40,586 nt of DNA from an uncultured bacterium. GTDB lineage: Bacteria > CSSED10-310 > CAZUFC01. Within the stretch, counting starts at the first letter, position 1. The number at the start of each line of letters is the position of its first letter. Position numbers and translations under genes: made by a program. Below, one piece after another: positions 8,948 through 17,673 of this stretch. The notes under the pieces were generated by a model that worked only from the letters and a program-made list of their open reading frames with translations, was not told the DNA's origin and made no database searches. Where the stretch lies: positions 1 through 40,586 of the forward strand of contig CAZUFC010000078.1 in assembly GCA_964619725.1 (NCBI GenBank), given 5' to 3'.

Positions 8948-9002
8948 CACAATTTTTATGCCGAGACTCATTGTAAAAAAGTCAATTGATTTCAATATGT
9001 TA
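8948..9002 (-). promoter_or_regulatory. IHF-like site plus sigma54-like -24/-12 element (copy B)
   Basis: Minus strand TCGGCA-TAAAAA-TTGTG at 8964-8948 (GG-N10-GT), with an IHF-like TTTCAATATGTTA at 8990-9002. Points toward the envelope cassette. Confidence 0.55.
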
Positions 9003-9126
9003 GGTTGTCCTTATCAGGAGCGAACTTAAGAGGCTTTTGAAAAAACATGACGTTGATTATGATGAAAAATGCCTCCTGGGTTGAAAAGCTGTTCAACCCT
9101 TTCAGTGTTTTCAAATTCATCCGTCC

Positions 9127-9164
9127 TGCCCAGGGCAGTGCTCGCAAGCTCGCTCAGGCCTGGG
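9127..9164. repeat. REP-like palindrome
   Basis: GCCCAGG-GCAGTGCTCGCAAGCTCGCTCAGG-CCTGGGC inverted repeat in the intergenic region after the activator gene. Confidence 0.55.
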
Positions 9165-9391
9165 CTTTTTGTCAGGACCACTTCGGGGTCAGCATTATTG
9201 TTTCAGGCGTGTGTAATAGTCAGTAATCAAAGAGTCGAATTCTAAGCATTAGAGTATCGGCGGGTTGTTTTTCTTATTAGTCAGAGCCCAGACATCTCTT
9301 TTCTTAGGTCCATTATAAATGATGGGATATTTTGAATAATTGTAACCTCAAAAGACCCATTTTTGATCAATGCCGGGAACCTATACCCGCT

Positions 9392-10828
9392 TCAGCGATA
9401 CAATTCAATATCCTGGGCTTCAATGACATCTCTTCCGTTCATTACGGCATTGTATACGGCTCTCGATGCGAGGTCTTCCAGCTCTCTGAAGTTTCCTCTG
9501 AAGATGTGGGTTTCAATCTTTTCGAGGGCTTCTATTGTGATGCCGCAGATTTCTTTTCCGTTATTACCTTTGGATTTATTTAATTTAGGGTCCTGCAGGA
9601 CATAATCAATAAGGACGCGCAAGTCTGATTTCCTCTGGTGCATAGGCGGCACTTTCAGTTTATACCGGAATCTGTGGTAGAGATCGTCCCTGAAATTTCC
9701 GGCTTTGATTTCTTTTTGAAGGTCCTTGTTGGTGGCGGCTATGATATAGGTAGGAGAATAAATGGGTTCCAGGTAGGGCCATCCGAGAGGTTGGAACGCG
9801 AACCTGTCAAGATATACAAGGAGTTTCGCCTGTAGAGCGGGAGGAGCGTCTCCGATTTCATCCAGGAACACGGTTTGACCCCAGGAAAGGAGGAGGCGCC
9901 CGGGACGCGAAACAGAGCCGGTGAATGCTCCGTGAACAGAACCGAAAAGTTCCGTTTCCAGAAGCTCTTCTGAAACGTTGACCATTGGAATTTGCGTCAA
10001 ATGGCCTTTTCCCGCATCGGAAAGACGCTGATTCAACCATCTGGCGATTAGCGTTTTACCGGTCCCAGTTTCGCCTTCCAGCAGAATGGCAGGCGGCCTG
10101 ACTACAGATTCTGGCTTTATATAGTTTTTGAGGTCGGTTTTTATTTCTTTTAATTTTTTACTTTTTCCGGTCTGCTCGCTTAATGCTTCTCCAATCCTGC
10201 GAAAAATATCCAGTACATCCTGGGCGTCCGTAAAAGGTTTATCGTTTGCCTGCATCCGGTAATTTCTGACCCTGTCGATGGTATAAAGCAGATGATGAAG
10301 AAAATCAATCATCTTACTGTCGAGAAAAAGACTCACAAAGGGACGCTCACGGTAATCAGAATCCTTCGTTTGAATTTTCCATCCCAGACTCTTACAAGGT
10401 AATTTCTCTCCTCTCCTCCTGAGACTCCTTCTGACCTCCTGCTTGATTTTCGCCGCCAGATGTCCGCATTCCTCCGGGTCCTCGAAACTCCTCGCCCTGA
10501 ATATTGAATTAATAAAAAAATACCGGTGGTCCATGACTTCGTTCACCATATCAGCATTGTATTCTTCCGCTATCAGAATGACAGGAATATTCTTCACTTT
10601 CAGCTTATCCATCAGAAGAGATATACCCTTCATCTGCGATATGACCAGCAAAGGATCATTCAGATTCTCCACCGCCAGTCGTTCCGGTTTCATTCCTTTA
10701 ACGGAGATGCCCAGAAACTCCTTCTTCGGCCTGATCTCTGACTCGGCGTATTGCTTGATGAATCCCTCTATGATTTGCCGGTGTCTTTCATTATTGGAAA
10801 TTACTATTATTTCTTTGGCGTTATCCAT
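9392..10828 (-). CDS. Sigma54-dependent AAA+ activator (bEBP) lacking a C-terminal HTH
   Basis: Walker A GETGTGKT, ETELFGSVHGAFTGS, Walker B FLDEIGD, AATNKDL, FRDDLYHRF and GNFRELE. The protein ends just after the AAA lid. The N-terminus looks like a degenerate receiver-like domain. Confidence 0.93.
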   Translation of the reverse strand: MDNAKEIIVISNNERHRQIIEGFIKQYAESEIRPKKEFLGISVKGMKPERLAVENLNDPLLVISQMKGISLLMDKLKVKNIPVILIAEEYNADMVNEVMDHRYFFINSIFRARSFEDPEECGHLAAKIKQEVRRSLRRRGEKLPCKSLGWKIQTKDSDYRERPFVSLFLDSKMIDFLHHLLYTIDRVRNYRMQANDKPFTDAQDVLDIFRRIGEALSEQTGKSKKLKEIKTDLKNYIKPESVVRPPAILLEGETGTGKTLIARWLNQRLSDAGKGHLTQIPMVNVSEELLETELFGSVHGAFTGSVSRPGRLLLSWGQTVFLDEIGDAPPALQAKLLVYLDRFAFQPLGWPYLEPIYSPTYIIAATNKDLQKEIKAGNFRDDLYHRFRYKLKVPPMHQRKSDLRVLIDYVLQDPKLNKSKGNNGKEICGITIEALEKIETHIFRGNFRELEDLASRAVYNAVMNGRDVIEAQDIELYR

Positions 10829-10897
10829 GATCGTTTCCTCCTCTAACGACGCCTTTGACTTCCAGGAAAAGCATATCCGGTCAATCTCTCTTTCGCA

Positions 10898-11896
10898 TCA
10901 ATCGCAGTTACGCTCTTCTATGGATTCCTTCAACTTTTTAAGTCTTTCCCTTTTACCCGGAATGCCGTATTTTTCCCTCAGATGCCTTACCACATTTTCC
11001 GTGAGGGATATCTTGTATTGACTCCCGAATTTTCTGTTTATCTTCCTCGCCAATATCTCATCATTGCATGCCGGATCATATTGAAGGCAATCGCGAATAA
11101 AATCAGTCGCCATGTTTTTTATATACCGGGGGATTTTCTCTTTCCTTCTTGCGTCGAAAGAACAGAACAATTTTAGCGGAAAAACTCCCATATGAGTGAC
11201 CCGGACGAAACAGGAACTGATTAAATTGTAAAGCAGTTCTTTCGACGGCGGTTCCCAGTCTTCATCCCACATCCCGGATATTTCATTGCGCAAGTCGGTC
11301 TGCGAAACTTGATGGCGGTTCATTTCAGCCATGAATTCTTCTCTGGTATTCGTCAGAAGAGCATCCCTGAAAGTCGAAAGAATAAATTGTCCAATATAAT
11401 TGAGGATGCATAACTTTCGATCCATACAGTTCTGAACCTGCAGTCCCGTAAACGTATTTTTTCTGATTAGCGGTTGTTCGGAAGGATAGGCATTCAGCTC
11501 ATTACCGAATCGTGCAACCGTTATTGATGGAACCGAAGCCAGAGTATGCCGAGTATTCAATTGCGCCGAATCGCATAATTGACCTTCAATGTCAATACTT
11601 TCTCCCGAATCAGGCTCGAAAGCTTCATCATCCCATTCCCCGCCCAATATATCATCAACATCCCATTCTTCATCAGGTGATCCATCATCCATATCCCAAT
11701 TTTCATCATCCGGTTCCGATTCCGGTTTTTTAACTTCAACTCCCTTTAAATCATCATAGTAAGTCGCAAGCCAGGCGATATTCTTGTTTTCCGGAATTTG
11801 AGTTATTCGAGATAACAATTTGTTGCTGATTCCAAGGTCTGCATTTTTTCTTTTTTTGCCGGTTATCTCATTTGATTGCCCTAATTTCTTCTTCAA
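10898..11896 (-). CDS. Divergent, shortened sigma54 (RpoN)-like factor
   Basis: C-terminus VRVTHMGVFPLKLFCS...NDEILARKI...ISLTENVVRHLREKYGIPGKRER is colinear with RpoN (TPRGIFELKYFFS...SDxxIA...IARRTVAKYRExLxIP...R). Acidic Trp-containing region II-like tract. TTG start with AAGGAG 9 nt upstream. Confidence 0.8.
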   Translation of the reverse strand: MKKKLGQSNEITGKKRKNADLGISNKLLSRITQIPENKNIAWLATYYDDLKGVEVKKPESEPDDENWDMDDGSPDEEWDVDDILGGEWDDEAFEPDSGESIDIEGQLCDSAQLNTRHTLASVPSITVARFGNELNAYPSEQPLIRKNTFTGLQVQNCMDRKLCILNYIGQFILSTFRDALLTNTREEFMAEMNRHQVSQTDLRNEISGMWDEDWEPPSKELLYNLISSCFVRVTHMGVFPLKLFCSFDARRKEKIPRYIKNMATDFIRDCLQYDPACNDEILARKINRKFGSQYKISLTENVVRHLREKYGIPGKRERLKKLKESIEERNCD

Positions 11897-11997
11897 TATT
11901 TATTTCTCCTTTCTTTTGAGTTCAGCTATTTTTTTATCGCGATTGGACCATGACAAAAGCAGTGATCAAAAAATTTAAATTCCCTGAACAATTAACT

Positions 11998-14900
11998 TCA
12001 CGGCAATCCTAAAATCATTTTGCTTTTATTGCCGGGCGATGTTTTTTCGCCGTCATTCCATGCCGCTTTTGCGATGACTCTGATTGCATCACGGAAGGAA
12101 GCCCGTGCCAGGAAATGCCTGTTTTCATCATTGGCGGCGTCTTTGATGCTCCTGATATAACCGTTCCGGATCATTCTTTTCAGGACTATTTCAAAATGCC
12201 TGTCGTCGACTGAATCCGTGTATATTGAACGCAAATAAGGCATGAAAAAGTCATAGACATTTTGTACGTCAATCTTACCTTCTTTGATTTTCACTGTGAT
12301 TATTCCATCCAGGTTAAGCAGCGACTGGACAAATTCCAGGCTTATGCCTGAACCGGCAAGACCGCCTGTATGAAAAGTTTGCATGCTGAGCTGAGTGCCC
12401 CGTTCTCCGACAGACTGTCCGGCAATGATGCCGACCGGAAGTCCAAGTTCCGGAAACCGTCGCTGACTTATATCCCATCCATAACATCTCGCGCATATCC
12501 CTTCTGTCTCTTTGCAGGTCAGGGGCGATCTAATCCGGATACTTTTTATTTTTTTTATCTCGATCTCCTTCATTGCTTCAGGTGTGATGACGCTCCCTCG
12601 GAACAATCCGCCTTTATTTTCTGCAATAACTCTTCCAATCAGTCTTTTGCGGATATTATCCGAATCGATTTTAACGGTAATTCCCGGAATGGATTTCGTC
12701 CTGCCGGCGCAGCAGTCCTCGACGACGATGGCTACGGGGTAGCAGGCTTCAACTAAAATTCTGGTGAAATTTCCGGCTACTGGCGTTTTAAGTTTTTTAT
12801 CGGCCAGTGTCTTCCGGGAAGCTTTCAGCGACATGAAATATTCCATAGGCGGGATGCCCTCAAGAAAATTGGACAGGAAAACATGCGGTATTTTTCCTTT
12901 AACGCCCTCCAATATGCCCCTGAATCCACCCAACTGGGAAACCTGGTCGGCGTTGCCGCGGGCGCCTGAAGCGAACATCAATGCCAGAGGATTCGGAGGA
13001 GATTGACGGGCCAGATTATATAAAGGCTCAACAATTTTCCTTCTCATTTCTTTAGTCTCTCGCAGCCATTGGCAGTATTTTCTGCGTTCAGCCATGCTCA
13101 AAAAAGGGATATCGAAAAGGGAGAAGGTAATCCCGGCGAGAGTCGCCTCTCTGAATGCCCATTGCATTATTACGTTTGCAAGGCGGGCTGTTTGCCGGGG
13201 CAAGTCTTCCTCCGCCGATTTTAAGGCTTCAGCGAGAATTCGCTTTGTAACTGGACCGGAGAAGCTTTTATCAGATTCTGCGCCGAAAATGTAAAACGGA
13301 TCATTCTTTTCCGAGGCGTAGTAAACGCCGGCAATTATGTCCTGTGCCAGATGCAGATTCAAATCACCGTTTGCTATGGACAGAAGATTACGTTCCGGCA
13401 ACAGGCGTGAAGCCTCATCAATCGACTCGCGTTTCAAAGGCAGATATACCGCCATCGTATCTCCATCAAAGTCTGCGTTGAAACCTGCACATACCAAAGG
13501 CGGCAATCCGATCACGTTGTCCGTCCGTCGTACTGCATGAAAAGCCTGGAGACTCAATCGATGAAGACTGGGCGCTCTGTTCAGAAGCACGGTGAATCCG
13601 GCATTTTTACTTTCCGTCAAAGGCAGAAAAGCATCATATATGCGAGCCGGAAGCGCAGCCTGGTTGATTTCCAATGAAGGGTCGGGGACTATCACGGCCC
13701 TGGCCGAACAGTCTTGTCTTCTCCCCAGCAATCCTTTCCTTAAAAGTCCCTTTTTCCCGGTAAGATGATCGCTTATAGAGCCCCTGCTTTTTCCCGCAGC
13801 TACTCCGGGATATCCCATCAGTCTTTCTACCGCATACTGAACGCCCTTTTCCGCCTTACGAATAGATGCTGGACCGCTTTTTTTTTTGGTCTTCAAGTAT
13901 TTAAGAAACGAGTTCTTTTTTATTAGTTCAGAATATCTCTTATGGAGCGGCGACGGTATCGGGGTTTCAGGAGCATTTATGTAATGACGAAAAGCGGCAG
14001 GGACCACGGGAATCATCGATAGAAAACATCCTTCTGGCGGTTCTTTATTCTTTAACTGCAATAAACGGAAAAGCGCTTCCGGGCCGGTAACCGCTTTACC
14101 GCCATTCCTCAGAATACTTTGCCCCTGAACGTTCGTCAGAATTGAGCCGGCTTCTGATTCATCCTCTTCAGCGCCCTCAAGAAGAACATATTTTTCTCCA
14201 TGGGCAATATCCCTTATTACCGCCGCTTTAACATCATCAAGGTTTTTCATCAGCGGCGACCCTGAAATATAAATCTGCCAGGGGTGTATGACGCAGCAGT
14301 CCAATTTGACGTAAGCGAATCTGGTTCTGTATTCTCTCGTCCCTGCGTCTCCGATGATGGACGTATCCATCAATCCGCCCGGCCTGGGTACGTATATAGG
14401 TTCTTTCACTCTCCTTCGGATGATGCCTTTGCATTTTAATTTTTTACACCGTCTTTTATTTTCATCGCTGCGGACTCTCTTCCAATGTTTACTTGAAAAA
14501 TCGTAGATTTCGCCGCATTTGTCACACTGAAAGAAAACAGGTCGATATATTTCAAAGGGATGGAAATCACCCACAGTTATTTCTCGCAAACCGGCAGTGA
14601 ATTTTTCCATATCAGAAGGAGTGATAGCGAAATCGACAAGTTCATCGGGCGTGATATCTTCCGGTTTACTGACGATAACGGGTTTTTCTCTGGTTTTATA
14701 GAACAATTGAAGGTCCAGCCCCAATCCTTTCAGGTAAACCGCTAGCGCCCATAGCGTCCAGTTTAATTGTTTTTCCCCGCCGGCATCGCCTTTGTCATCA
14801 GAATGTGAGACTACTCTTCCGGCGCCGTCAATGAGCGATTCTTTTACGATCGCTTTTGCATTATAAGCCTGAAGCGCCCAGAATTCCATTTCACCCATTT

Positions 14901-17673
14901 TTTGGCCGCCGTTATGCTTCTTGCCTTTTAAAGCCTGACGGGTAACCAGATCGTATCCGGTTCCGCCCTGACGAACCGTGAGTTTGTCGGCCGCCAGGTG
15001 ATGGAGCTTCATAATATACTGGTATCCGACTGTTACCGGTGCATCGAACCCTCTTCCCGTTTTCGCATCAATCAATACCGATTTTCCTTCCGGATACCCG
15101 ATTCGTTTCAAGCGGTCACGAAGCCGGTTTGCTTCTGTCGTATGAAACGGCGGTATGATAAAATGAGTGTTCTCCTTATATGCGATCATGCCCAGGTGCG
15201 TTTCAAATATCTGGCCCAGGTTCATTCTTGAAATGACGCCGTGAGGATTAAGAATGACATCAACCGGCGTACCGTCGGGCATATGCGGCATCTCATGCTC
15301 CGGGAGCATGAGTCCTATAACCCCTTTATTGCCGTGACGCCCCATCAGCTTATCGCCTACTGCTATTTTTCTTTCTGTTAAAATCCTTATAGAGATGATT
15401 TTTTCGGGATAATGAGCAAAAAGGTCTGCGCCGGTATATTGCGTCTGCACATCATAAACTTCACCCTCAAGTCCCGGCCAGGCAGTTACTTCACCCTTTT
15501 CCGTATGCATCAGAACAGTCCCGGGAACGACTTCGGCGCCTTTTCTGATTATTCCGTTAATGTTCAACATGCGACGATCTCTTCCGCGTGGGCCCTGATG
15601 TTTAATAATATTGCCCGGCCATACAGGAATTCGAATTTCCTTCTCATGAAAAGACGTCAACAGATTATCCCTGACCAGCCTTTCGCTGATTACAACGGCA
15701 TCCTCGAAATTGTAACCTTTCCAGGGCATATAAGCAGTCAGAAGATTTCTGCCGAGAGACAGAATGCCGTTTTTAACCGACGGACCTTCGGCCAATATCT
15801 CTCCCGCTTCAACCTTCTGTCCCGGCGAGACTGAAGGACGCCTGTAAACCGGAATTTTCGTGTTGCCGCAACGGACCCGGCCTATATCGACTTTTATCGT
15901 TTTCCCTTCTGAATTCTCCAGAACTATTAATCCTTTATCTCGCTGAATTCTTCGGATTCTTCCCGTCTGCTTCGCTCGCACGATCATCCCGGCTGCCTCC
16001 GCTGCAAGCGCTTCAAATCCTGTTCTTATTAATGGAGGTTCAGGATTAACAAGCGGCAATGCCTGTTTCATGTTTTTTGCAGCCATGATCGCCCTGGCGC
16101 CGTCGTTATTTCCTATGAAAGGTATAAGCGATGCCGCATAACCTAGGAATTGACCGGGAAAATTTTCAGCCATTACGGCTTCTTCCTGACGATCATCATA
16201 AATTAATGTGCGCTCCCGACCGCCGATCCTGGACCTCCTCATGCATTCAACATATCCGTCTGCTGGTCCGGAAGACAATGATCTCAATCCGTATCCGGGG
16301 TCAGCGAATCCAGGACTGCTCCCGAAAAATGGACGCCTTTCATTTGCCGGCGGCATCATTGTGATTCCCGAAACGCTTCTTGAAGGACTCGCTATTCTGC
16401 CTTCCTCATCAATCGATGCATACGCCGCCAGAAACAAGTCCAGTCCTATCCCTTCCGACTCAGGCGTCTCGACAGCACATAAACGTCCGTAATGACTTGT
16501 ATCCAGGTCACGCCTGGCAAGCGGCGTCACTTTTCGGTCCAGTCCGGACGGACCGCCGAAACTGATTTTCCGCTGCGAACTCAAAATTGATACAGGATTC
16601 CTGTCTTCAAACAACTCGCAGCTCTCTTTAAAAAAATTGCCTAATGATCCCTCCAATGCATACGGCATGCAGAACCAGACAGGGCTGTTCTTGTTAATTT
16701 TCTCTCTATTCCCGGCTAATTTGCGCATAAGTATAAACAACGACCATCTCACCGCCTGTTCCAATCGGTCACCAGCCAGTCTCACCCGATAGCTCTCCAG
16801 ATCATTCAGGTCCTCAGCGCCCGGCCAGTCAGCGCCGAGAAACTCAGAAGCAACCCGCACATCACCGGCTGTTACATACTTCTCTTCATTGACCGCCAGA
16901 CATGTCCGGTTTATCGCCTTCCTCCCGTCTCTGCCCAATGCGAAATAAATATTGTCGTAAAATGGCGTTTTGAAGTACGCATTGACCGGACCTCGACCAC
17001 GGAAGAAGCGCTCGCTCTCAAGCAGCTCCAGAAATTCCTCCAGGTCGATCTTCACCGATCCCATCCGGATACGCTTCCGAACTCCCTTTTTAGTTACAGA
17101 GCCTACAAGGTTAAAATGAGGCCCGAAACGGGGCTGAAACCTTATTATTCGCTTCCTGCCGCCTTCAGCCGATAGGAAATGCATGCCCGGAGAAAAATAA
17201 AAATAACCCGTCGGCGACCATTCCACAGCATGGCCTGTCCTGTTTTTCCTGATAAATGTCCCCCAGCCCGTCATACAGGGAAAAGGGCCTAATCTGAGTT
17301 CAGAATCCCATTTATGTTCATTATCGAATAAAACTTCTGTCTCTAATACAACTTCTCGATTGTAATCCGTTATGCCTTGCCTGGCAAGCTCTTCATCAGG
17401 ACCGGGCGTCTCAATTTTATAACCCGTAAAATTCAAACGAATATTACGGTCTTGCGATTTTATCGTCAGCCCGGAAGCCTCCTTTAATACCTTTTTCAAT
17501 CCCCTTTCATGCAGACTTTCATAAGCAGCTCCTGAATCAAGAGCCTTAGTCTGCAAAAAACGGTCATAAGATTGAATATGAGGCGGTTCTGCGGAAGCGC
17601 CGTATTTTTTTAAGCCTTCCAACCACTTATCCATGACGGTTTTTCCAGCTATTTCTGAATTAAATACTTCCAT
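11998..17673 (-). CDS. Fused, streamlined DNA-directed RNA polymerase beta-beta' subunit (RpoB-RpoC-like)
   Basis: Beta motifs: HYGRLCAVETPE, GYNFEDA, GDKLMGRHGNKG, NPHGVISRMNLGQ, GGQKMGEME. Beta' motifs: LLNRAPSLH, NADFDGD (13459-13479), SGARG, CARCYG, GTQLSMQTFHTGG. One continuous ORF of 1891 aa; alternative start at 17634. Confidence 0.96.
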   Translation of the reverse strand: MEVFNSEIAGKTVMDKWLEGLKKYGASAEPPHIQSYDRFLQTKALDSGAAYESLHERGLKKVLKEASGLTIKSQDRNIRLNFTGYKIETPGPDEELARQGITDYNREVVLETEVLFDNEHKWDSELRLGPFPCMTGWGTFIRKNRTGHAVEWSPTGYFYFSPGMHFLSAEGGRKRIIRFQPRFGPHFNLVGSVTKKGVRKRIRMGSVKIDLEEFLELLESERFFRGRGPVNAYFKTPFYDNIYFALGRDGRKAINRTCLAVNEEKYVTAGDVRVASEFLGADWPGAEDLNDLESYRVRLAGDRLEQAVRWSLFILMRKLAGNREKINKNSPVWFCMPYALEGSLGNFFKESCELFEDRNPVSILSSQRKISFGGPSGLDRKVTPLARRDLDTSHYGRLCAVETPESEGIGLDLFLAAYASIDEEGRIASPSRSVSGITMMPPANERRPFFGSSPGFADPGYGLRSLSSGPADGYVECMRRSRIGGRERTLIYDDRQEEAVMAENFPGQFLGYAASLIPFIGNNDGARAIMAAKNMKQALPLVNPEPPLIRTGFEALAAEAAGMIVRAKQTGRIRRIQRDKGLIVLENSEGKTIKVDIGRVRCGNTKIPVYRRPSVSPGQKVEAGEILAEGPSVKNGILSLGRNLLTAYMPWKGYNFEDAVVISERLVRDNLLTSFHEKEIRIPVWPGNIIKHQGPRGRDRRMLNINGIIRKGAEVVPGTVLMHTEKGEVTAWPGLEGEVYDVQTQYTGADLFAHYPEKIISIRILTERKIAVGDKLMGRHGNKGVIGLMLPEHEMPHMPDGTPVDVILNPHGVISRMNLGQIFETHLGMIAYKENTHFIIPPFHTTEANRLRDRLKRIGYPEGKSVLIDAKTGRGFDAPVTVGYQYIMKLHHLAADKLTVRQGGTGYDLVTRQALKGKKHNGGQKMGEMEFWALQAYNAKAIVKESLIDGAGRVVSHSDDKGDAGGEKQLNWTLWALAVYLKGLGLDLQLFYKTREKPVIVSKPEDITPDELVDFAITPSDMEKFTAGLREITVGDFHPFEIYRPVFFQCDKCGEIYDFSSKHWKRVRSDENKRRCKKLKCKGIIRRRVKEPIYVPRPGGLMDTSIIGDAGTREYRTRFAYVKLDCCVIHPWQIYISGSPLMKNLDDVKAAVIRDIAHGEKYVLLEGAEEDESEAGSILTNVQGQSILRNGGKAVTGPEALFRLLQLKNKEPPEGCFLSMIPVVPAAFRHYINAPETPIPSPLHKRYSELIKKNSFLKYLKTKKKSGPASIRKAEKGVQYAVERLMGYPGVAAGKSRGSISDHLTGKKGLLRKGLLGRRQDCSARAVIVPDPSLEINQAALPARIYDAFLPLTESKNAGFTVLLNRAPSLHRLSLQAFHAVRRTDNVIGLPPLVCAGFNADFDGDTMAVYLPLKRESIDEASRLLPERNLLSIANGDLNLHLAQDIIAGVYYASEKNDPFYIFGAESDKSFSGPVTKRILAEALKSAEEDLPRQTARLANVIMQWAFREATLAGITFSLFDIPFLSMAERRKYCQWLRETKEMRRKIVEPLYNLARQSPPNPLALMFASGARGNADQVSQLGGFRGILEGVKGKIPHVFLSNFLEGIPPMEYFMSLKASRKTLADKKLKTPVAGNFTRILVEACYPVAIVVEDCCAGRTKSIPGITVKIDSDNIRKRLIGRVIAENKGGLFRGSVITPEAMKEIEIKKIKSIRIRSPLTCKETEGICARCYGWDISQRRFPELGLPVGIIAGQSVGERGTQLSMQTFHTGGLAGSGISLEFVQSLLNLDGIITVKIKEGKIDVQNVYDFFMPYLRSIYTDSVDDRHFEIVLKRMIRNGYIRSIKDAANDENRHFLARASFRDAIRVIAKAAWNDGEKTSPGNKSKMILGLP

